61,674 nt of DNA from contig VAXP01000114.1 of the NCBI GenBank assembly GCA_005884125.1, positions 1 to 61,674 of the forward strand, read 5' to 3'. Positions 56,602 to 61,674 of the stretch are shown here, one piece after another. The DNA is from Actinomycetota bacterium. Lineage in GTDB: Bacteria; Actinomycetota; Acidimicrobiia; Acidimicrobiales; AC-35. Every line of letters begins with the position of its first letter. Positions within the stretch are counted from its first letter, which is position 1. The position numbers and the translations under genes are program-made. A model generated the notes under the pieces. The model made no database searches and was not told where the DNA came from. It was given only the letters and a program-made list of their open reading frames with translations.

Positions 56602-57822
56602 ATGCCAGAGCCGACCTCTCTCTCGCCGACTGCCGCGGTCCGTGCCGAGCTCGACCGGGCGCCGGTCGGGCGAGCCGACCTGTTCTCCAAGTGCAGCTCG
56701 CCGCGCCTCGACGAGTTCCACGCGGCCGAGGCCGTCGGCCTGCTTCCATATTTGCACGAGGGCCAGCCGGTGATCATGCTCGGCTCCAACAACTACCTGG
56801 GCCTGACCAGCGACGAGCGGGTCAAGCGGGCGGCCGTCGATGCGGTGGAGCGGTTCGGGACCGGGTGCACCGGCAGCAGGCTGATGAACGGGACCCTTCC
56901 CATCCATCTGGAGCTGGAGAACGAGCTGCGGGACTGGCTGGGTGGGGAGGCCTGCCTGGTGTTCACCACCGGGTACTCGGTCAACCTGGGCACCATCTCG
57001 ACCCTGGTCGGCTCGCGCGACACGGTGTTCGTTGACGCCGCCAGCCACGCCAGCATCATCGACGGGGCCAGGCTGGCCTCGGGCAGCTTGCGATCGTTCC
57101 GCCACAATTCGGTGTCCGGGCTGCGCCGCAAGCTGGCCGCCTGGCGGGAGCAGGAGGGCGACGGGGCCCTGGTCGCGGTGGACGGCGTGTACTCGATGGA
57201 GGGCGACATCGCCCCCCTCGCCGAGATCGACCACGTCTGTTCCAGCCTGGGCGCCCGCCTCCTCGTGGACGAGGCTCACGCCCTGGGCGTGCTGGGCCCG
57301 GAGGGGAGGGGCAGCGCGGCCGCAGCCGGGATCTGGCCCGACCTGCTGATGGGGACCTTCTCCAAGTCGCTGGCCTCCTGCGGAGGGTTCCTGGTGGGCC
57401 CCCAGGCCGTCGTCGACTTCGTCCGCACCGCCTGCCGGCCCTTCCTCTTCACCGCCTCGGGCGTGCCCGCCGCCCTCGGCGCGGCCCTGGCCGCCCTGAG
57501 GGTGGCCCGGGAGGAGGAATGGCGCCGGGAGGCCGTGCGCGAGCGGGGGACGCAGCTCCGACGAGGGCTGTTCGAGCTGGGCTACGACGTCGGCGGAGAC
57601 CATGGGACGGCGATCCTGGCCGTCCACGTAGGTGACGACTGGGAGGCGGCCCGCCTGTGGCGGGCCCTGCTCGACCACGGCGTGTACACCAACTGCGCCG
57701 TCGCCCCCGCCGTGCTCCCCGGTCGGGCCCTGCTGCGCACCTCGGTGATGGCGACCCACACCGAGGCCCACATCGACCAGGCCCTGCGGGCTTTCGAGGA
57801 CGTGAGATCGAAGTCGGGCTGA
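56602..57822 (+). CDS. alpha-oxoamine synthase, serine-palmitoyltransferase-like
   Basis: 406-aa ORF. Contains GSNNYLGL, GTGCTGSRLMNGT, SFRHNSV, VDGVYSMEGDIAPL, DEAHALG, GTFSKS (the PLP lysine), ACRPFLFTAS and LRTSVMATHT. These closely parallel the Sphingomonas SPT as I recall it (GSRMLNGT, RFRHNSV, GVYSMLGDIAPL, GTFSKS, ACRPYIFTAS, LRCSICAEHT). Confidence 0.85.
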   Translation: MPEPTSLSPTAAVRAELDRAPVGRADLFSKCSSPRLDEFHAAEAVGLLPYLHEGQPVIMLGSNNYLGLTSDERVKRAAVDAVERFGTGCTGSRLMNGTLPIHLELENELRDWLGGEACLVFTTGYSVNLGTISTLVGSRDTVFVDAASHASIIDGARLASGSLRSFRHNSVSGLRRKLAAWREQEGDGALVAVDGVYSMEGDIAPLAEIDHVCSSLGARLLVDEAHALGVLGPEGRGSAAAAGIWPDLLMGTFSKSLASCGGFLVGPQAVVDFVRTACRPFLFTASGVPAALGAALAALRVAREEEWRREAVRERGTQLRRGLFELGYDVGGDHGTAILAVHVGDDWEAARLWRALLDHGVYTNCAVAPAVLPGRALLRTSVMATHTEAHIDQALRAFEDVRSKSG

Positions 57823-58730
57823 CCGGGGCCACCGGGCACCTGGGCACCTGCCTGCTCGACCGCCTGGTCCACGATCCGGCCGTGAACGCGATCCGCTCGG
57901 TCGCCCGCCGCCCCCTCCCAGAGCGCGACAAGGTCCACCACGTCTGCGCCGACCTGCGCGACCCGGCGGCCGGGCGCCATCTGGAGGGCGTCGACGTCCT
58001 CTGGCACCTGGGCTTCCAGCTCTGGCGCCGACGCCGCGACCCCGGGGGCCGCGGGGCGGCCGAGGTGAACCTGGCCGGCACGGCCAGCGTCCTGGCGGCT
58101 CGTCCCGGCCACGTGGTGCTGGCTTCGTCGGCGTCGGTGTACGGGGCCTGGGCCGACAATCCGCTTCCCATACCCGAGGCCCACCCACCCCGACCCAATC
58201 CCGAGTGCCCCTACGCGGGCCAGAAGCTGGAGGCCGAGCGCATGTGCGCGGAGGCGGCCCCCACCGCGGCCTTGCGCATCGTGGCTGTGCTCGGTCCCCA
58301 CGCCGATCCCATGGTGCGCCGGGCGGCCATGGGCTACCGCCGGGCGGTGCCGGCCGTGCGGGGCGCACGCCAGGCCCTGCAGTTCCTGCACGAGGACGAC
58401 GCCGCCGAGGCCCTCCACCGCGCCGGCACGATGCGGGCCACGGGTGTGATCAACGTGGCCACGCCCGACTGGCTGACGGAGGGCGAGGTGGCCCGCGTCA
58501 CCGGCGGGCGGGTGGTCCGAGTTCCCCGGAGGGTGCTCCTGGGGCTGGCCGAGGGGGCGTGGAGGGCCGGTCTGGTCGGGTTCGGCGCGGACAGGGCCGT
58601 GCTCATCTCGGGGCCGCTGGCCCTGGATGGGAGCCGGGCCGCCGAGGTGCTGGGGTGGGCCGCGACTACGGGTTCGGCCGCCGTGCTGGCCGGGTTCGTG
58701 GCCCGCCCGGCTCAGAGCCGTCGTTCGTAG
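57807..58730 (+). CDS. NAD-dependent epimerase/dehydratase-family (extended SDR) reductase; start codon unresolved
   Basis: The frame encodes ...EIEVGLTGATGHLGTCLLDRL (Rossmann GxxGxxG) and PYAGQK (YxxxK). The only canonical in-frame start (57657) lies 165 nt inside the upstream gene. ATC 57807 (6 nt after GAGGA) or CTG 57819 are the positional candidates. Confidence 0.7.
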   Translation: MEVGLTGATGHLGTCLLDRLVHDPAVNAIRSVARRPLPERDKVHHVCADLRDPAAGRHLEGVDVLWHLGFQLWRRRRDPGGRGAAEVNLAGTASVLAARPGHVVLASSASVYGAWADNPLPIPEAHPPRPNPECPYAGQKLEAERMCAEAAPTAALRIVAVLGPHADPMVRRAAMGYRRAVPAVRGARQALQFLHEDDAAEALHRAGTMRATGVINVATPDWLTEGEVARVTGGRVVRVPRRVLLGLAEGAWRAGLVGFGADRAVLISGPLALDGSRAAEVLGWAATTGSAAVLAGFVARPAQSRRS

Positions 58731-59950
58731 AGGCGCCAGGTCTTGTAGCGGACGGCGCCCATGGCGGCCAGGGCCGAGTTCATGCGGGTGTTGGTGGCCA
58801 GGATCCAGGACGCCTCGGCCCACTCGATGTTCGGCTTGGCCCGCATGCGGTCGACTATCTCGGCATACAGGAGGGGGCCCACGGCCCGCTGCTGGTGCTC
58901 GGCAGCCACCCCCAGGGCGAATCCCCGGGCCCGGCTCGGCCTCCGTGCTCCGCGCATGAGCCGCCACCAGCCCAGGGGGAGCAGGCGTCCGCTGCGGACC
59001 CCGCGCAGGGCCTGGTTCACGTCGGGAAGGGCCAGGCACACGGCCAGGGGCTCGCCCTCTCCGGTCTCCACCACGAGCGCGGCGTCGGGGTCGATGACCT
59101 GGCGCAGGCCCTTGGCCAGGTGGCGGATCTCCTCCTCCGTCATGGGCGCGAAGCCCCAGTTCCTGGACCACGCCGAGTTGTAGACCTGGAAGAAGCGGTG
59201 GACCTCGGCGTCGAAGTCGTCCATGCGCATCCCCCGCACCGACAGCCCGCTGCGGGCCTTCAGGCGGTCGAGGACCCGGCGCTGGCGCTCGGACAGAGCG
59301 GTGGACGCCCGTTCGAAGCGCCAGCCCCACAGGTCCATGGTCTGCTCCCACCCGCCGTCCACCCAGAGGCGTTCGTAGTACGGCGGGTTGTGGGGCGTGA
59401 GGATGAGAGGTGGGTGCTCGAATCCCTGCACCAGCAGCCCGCACTCGTCGTTGGTGGTGAACGACGCCGGACCCACGCACGTGGTGGCCCCGCGGGCGCG
59501 CGCCCACCGCCACACGGTGTCGAACAGGGCCGCCGCCGCGTCGGGATCGTCGAAGGATTCGAAGAAGCCGATCCACGCCCACGACAAGCCCTGGAACTCG
59601 TTGAAGAGGCGGTCGACACAGGCGCCGATACGGGCCACCGGCCTGCCTCGCCGGTAGGCGATCCACAGCGCCGTCTCCTGGTGGGCGTTGGCCGGGTGCT
59701 TGGGGGAGATGCGGTCGTGGACAGAGACGCGCAGGGGCGGGACCCACTCCGGGTCGCGGCCGAAGATGCGGAAGGGCAGGTCGACGAAGCGCCACCGGTC
59801 GATGCGGTTGCCCACCCGCTTCACCTCGACGGGAGCGATGCCGGGGGCCACGGGAGACGCCGGCGAGCCCGCCCCCGCGTCGGGGCCCGGCGCGGGCGCT
59901 TCGTCGGTGGGGGAGGCCAGGGCGGGGGCGCCGCCAGCGCCGTCTGTCAT
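58712..59950 (-). CDS. large GNAT-fold N-acyltransferase-like protein
   Basis: ATG 59950 follows AGGAGGGA. About 412 aa. The C-terminal GFALGVAAEHQQRAVGPLLYAEIV is a GNAT motif-A-like segment. The 3' end overlaps the reductase 3' end by 19 nt (convergent). Confidence 0.75.
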   Translation of the reverse strand: MTDGAGGAPALASPTDEAPAPGPDAGAGSPASPVAPGIAPVEVKRVGNRIDRWRFVDLPFRIFGRDPEWVPPLRVSVHDRISPKHPANAHQETALWIAYRRGRPVARIGACVDRLFNEFQGLSWAWIGFFESFDDPDAAAALFDTVWRWARARGATTCVGPASFTTNDECGLLVQGFEHPPLILTPHNPPYYERLWVDGGWEQTMDLWGWRFERASTALSERQRRVLDRLKARSGLSVRGMRMDDFDAEVHRFFQVYNSAWSRNWGFAPMTEEEIRHLAKGLRQVIDPDAALVVETGEGEPLAVCLALPDVNQALRGVRSGRLLPLGWWRLMRGARRPSRARGFALGVAAEHQQRAVGPLLYAEIVDRMRAKPNIEWAEASWILATNTRMNSALAAMGAVRYKTWRLYERRL

Positions 59951-60015
59951 CGTCCCTCCTGGCTCCCGTTCATTGCCGTCCCCGACGCTACCCGGCCCTT
60001 TCATATGCTGGCCCG

Positions 60016-60777
60016 GTGGCCGAGACCTTGAGGGAGAGGGTCGGGTCGATGCTCCTCGAGCTCGGCGCGCGCGTCCTGCAGGTGCTGGAGTGGTTCGTGG
60101 TCCGCTCCTCGCTGGTGCCGACGACCCCGTTCCTCCCGGTCGAGAGCTTTCCGTGGGCCCACCCGCTCGAGGACAACTGGAAGGTGATCCGGGCCGAGCT
60201 CGACGACGTGCTGCGCTGGCGGGAACACCTCCCCAACTTCCAGGACATCTCCACCGACCAGGAGTCGATCACCGACGACGACAGGTGGAAGACGTACTTC
60301 TTCTTCGGGTACGGGTTCCGGTCCGACTCCAACTGCGCCCAGTGCCCCGAGACCACCAGGCTGCTCGAGGACGTGCCCGGGATGACGACCGCGTTCTTCT
60401 CCATACTCTCGCCCGGCAAGCGCATCCCCGAGCACCGCGGGCCCTACAAGGGTGTGATCCGCTACCACCTCGGGCTCCTCGTTCCCGAGCCCCGCGACGC
60501 TTGCGGGATCAAGGTGGGCGGCCAGGTGGCCCACTGGGAGGAGGGCAGGAGCCTCGTCTTCGACGACGCCTACGAGCACGAGGCGTGGAACGACACCGAC
60601 GGTGTGCGGGTGGTGTTGTTCATGGACGTGATCAGGCCCCTGCGCTTCCCGGCGTCCCTGCTCAACCGGGCCATCATCAAGGCCATCTCGGTCTCGCCCT
60701 TCGTCCAGGACGCCAAGCGGCGTCACCTGGCGTGGGAGAGGCGCTTCGAAGCGGTGCAGGGGCGGACCTCGCGCTGA
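60016..60777 (+). CDS. aspartyl/asparaginyl beta-hydroxylase-family (LpxO/OlsC-like) 2-oxoglutarate dioxygenase
   Basis: 253-aa ORF. Contains FFSILSPGKRIPEHRGPYKGVIRYHLGLLVP...FDDAYEHEAWNDTD, typical of the Asp/Asn beta-hydroxylase fold. ATG 60049 is an alternative start. GC content is visibly lower than in neighbouring genes. Confidence 0.8.
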   Translation: MAETLRERVGSMLLELGARVLQVLEWFVVRSSLVPTTPFLPVESFPWAHPLEDNWKVIRAELDDVLRWREHLPNFQDISTDQESITDDDRWKTYFFFGYGFRSDSNCAQCPETTRLLEDVPGMTTAFFSILSPGKRIPEHRGPYKGVIRYHLGLLVPEPRDACGIKVGGQVAHWEEGRSLVFDDAYEHEAWNDTDGVRVVLFMDVIRPLRFPASLLNRAIIKAISVSPFVQDAKRRHLAWERRFEAVQGRTSR

Positions 60778-60790
60778 CGTCGTGGCCGGA

Positions 60791-60822
60791 CCGGCCTCCC
60801 GCGTGGTGCCAGGGGAGGCCGG
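60791..60822 (+). terminator. hairpin after the hydroxylase gene
   Basis: 10-bp perfect stem CCGGCCTCCC / GGGAGGCCGG with a 12-nt loop, 14 nt after the stop codon. No U-tract. Confidence 0.45.
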
Positions 60823-60827
60823 CGGCG

Positions 60828-60960
60828 GCTTGACATCGCAGGCGGCCGAGCCGATACGGTGGGCCGAGTTCCCAACGCAGGCGGAGCGCGGTCGGGATGG
60901 CGGGTCGGTGATGGGCCCGGGCCATCCTGACAGGTAGCCCTCGTAACCCCCGCTTTTTCG
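60828..60960 (+). promoter_or_regulatory. candidate ydaO-type (cyclic-di-AMP) riboswitch in the rpf leader
   Basis: The leader contains AUCGCAGG...GAGCC...GGUGGGCC...CCCAAC...GGUCGGUGAUGGGCC...CCAUCCUGACAGGUAGCCCUCGUAACCCCCGC followed by UUUUU. The 3' block matches the conserved ydaO segment CCG.CAGCUAACCUCGUAAGC, as recalled from the B. subtilis element. It lies upstream of an rpf gene, the classic actinobacterial context. Confidence 0.55.
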
Positions 60961-61047
60961 CGCTCGTGCCCTGCTCCGTTGCCCATGGGTGCCGTGGCGC
61001 GCCCGTGAGTCCACGCCAACCAGCCGACAGCGACAAGGAGGACAGCT

Positions 61048-61404
61048 GTGCCCATCTGCCGCACGAGGACCCGCACCTACGCCAAGATCGGTGCCACGTT
61101 GGGTGGCCTGGCCGCCACCGCCAGCCTGGCCGTCGGTGGAGTGCCGGCCCACGCCCAGGCCGCTCCCACCCCGGAGAGCTTCCACAAGCTCAGAGTGTGC
61201 GAGTCAGGCGACAACTACCGCTCGGTGGGCTACGGCTACTACGGCGCCTACCAGTTCGACATCCGCACCTGGAGGGGCCTGGGCTACGGCGGGCGGGCCG
61301 ACCAGGCGTCGCCCGCGACCCAGGACGAGGCCGCCCGCCGCCTGTACAACGCCCGGGGCTGGCATCCGTGGCCCGCGTGCTCCCGCAAGCAGGGCCTGGC
61401 CTGA
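61048..61404 (+). CDS. resuscitation-promoting-factor-like secreted transglycosylase (Rpf domain)
   Basis: GTG 61048 lies 6 nt after AAGGAGGA. Signal peptide, then RVCESGDNYRSVGYGYYGAYQFDIRTWRGLGYGG...ASPATQDEAARRLYNARGWHPWPAC, the Rpf/transglycosylase-like domain pattern. Confidence 0.85.
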   Translation: MPICRTRTRTYAKIGATLGGLAATASLAVGGVPAHAQAAPTPESFHKLRVCESGDNYRSVGYGYYGAYQFDIRTWRGLGYGGRADQASPATQDEAARRLYNARGWHPWPACSRKQGLA

Positions 61405-61410
61405 TGTGAC

Positions 61411-61442
61411 GGCCTCCTCGCCCTCCCGGGGGCGAGGAGGCC
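61411..61442 (+). terminator. strong hairpin after rpf
   Basis: Perfect 12-bp stem GGCCTCCTCGCC / GGCGAGGAGGCC with an 8-nt loop, 7 nt after the stop codon. Confidence 0.6.
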
Positions 61443-61497
61443 CCTCGCTTCCGGAGACCGGCGGGCGGAGTACAGGCAGGCGGAGTACAAAGGGGCC

Positions 61498-61674
61498 ATG
61501 CTCGACGCTGAGGTCTTGGGCGCCCATGTGAAGCGGATGAACGAGGACGGCTTCACCATCGTGGAGGATGCCTTGGAGGCTGAGCTGGTCGAAGCCCTGC
61601 GTGAGGACCTGGACCGCCTCGAGCGCGACCTGGGGGTGGTGCCGGCCGGCAACGACTTCGAGGGCCGCAGCACG
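61498..61674 (+). CDS. phytanoyl-CoA dioxygenase (PhyH)-family protein, N-terminal part (runs off the window)
   Basis: Manual translation from ATG 61498: MLDAEVLGAHVKRMNEDGFTIVEDALEAELVEALREDLDRLERDLGVVPAGNDFEGRST. This is a typical PhyH-family N-terminus. The frame is open to the window end. Confidence 0.55.
   Translation, partial: MLDAEVLGAHVKRMNEDGFTIVEDALEAELVEALREDLDRLERDLGVVPAGNDFEGRST

Noticed and set aside
56124-57035. ORFs that translate the 15-bp repeat as (PPGSP)n, (TARLT)n, (GGEPG)n or (VVSRA)n proteins
   Set aside because: The flanking translations in all these frames look non-coding. The longest one runs through the SPT-like gene in the wrong frame. The repeat is treated as intergenic.
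60830-60860. TTGACA ... TACGGT considered as the rpf promoter
   Set aside because: The spacer is 19 nt. The TTGACAUCGC segment also coincides with what looks like the conserved 5' end of the ydaO-like element, so the promoter probably lies further upstream. It is not reported as a feature.
1-61674. Mobile elements, prophage, defence islands, rRNA/tRNA genes, toxin-antitoxin pairs
   Set aside because: I saw no transposase, integrase, recombinase, reverse transcriptase, nuclease/helicase defence signatures, terminal inverted repeats or tRNA-like sequences on either strand. Composition is uniform apart from slightly lower GC in the hydroxylase gene (about 60.0-60.8 kb) and the phosphoesterase gene (about 33-34 kb).

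Overview
Very GC-rich 61.7-kb chromosomal segment. Third codon positions are almost all G/C, and long Arg/Pro/Gly-rich shadow ORFs occur in every frame. Gene content points to an actinobacterium: an Rpf-type transglycosylase behind a ydaO-like leader, HU with an Ala/Lys/Pro tail, an LLM-class oxidoreductase, and many 4-nt GTGA start/stop overlaps. This taxonomic call is an inference. I support about 58 protein-coding genes. I found no rRNA, tRNA, CRISPR array, transposase, integrase or phage gene. Main blocks in order: (1) 0.6-6.4 kb, a secreted DUF4331-like protein, a TPR lipoprotein, a small lipoprotein and an RcnA/NicO-type metal transporter; (2) 7-19 kb, assorted oxidoreductases and hydrolases plus a large secreted NHL protein carrying a second, uncharacterised repeat; (3) 19.5-27.3 kb, a formate dehydrogenase locus (fdhD; membrane protein-mobA-alpha-beta-NrfD-like) whose alpha subunit has an in-frame TGA with a SECIS-like hairpin 11 nt downstream; (4) 27-45 kb, mixed metabolism and regulation (SDR, GH18, enoyl-CoA hydratase, epoxide-hydrolase-like, phosphoesterase, desaturase, RR-GGDEF, GAF-ANTAR, CheY-like, MFS, YdiJ-like oxidase, HU, plsY); (5) 45.6-55.6 kb, a minus-strand operon with a Liv-type ABC importer of unusual architecture (membrane-anchored binding protein, fused LivH-LivM, and an MFS-LivF-LivG triple fusion), followed by two low-complexity membrane proteins and DegV; (6) 55.7-60.8 kb, my top candidate for a new system: a serine-palmitoyltransferase-like enzyme, an SDR-type reductase, a large GNAT-fold acyltransferase, an LpxO-type hydroxylase and an SRPBCC protein, which looks like a ceramide or amino-lipid pathway, with a 15-bp x 8 tandem repeat in its divergent promoter region; (7) a ydaO-like leader, rpf and a partial PhyH-family gene. 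Caveat: several genes show frame breaks or lack a canonical start codon. This may reflect indel errors in the assembly rather than biology.
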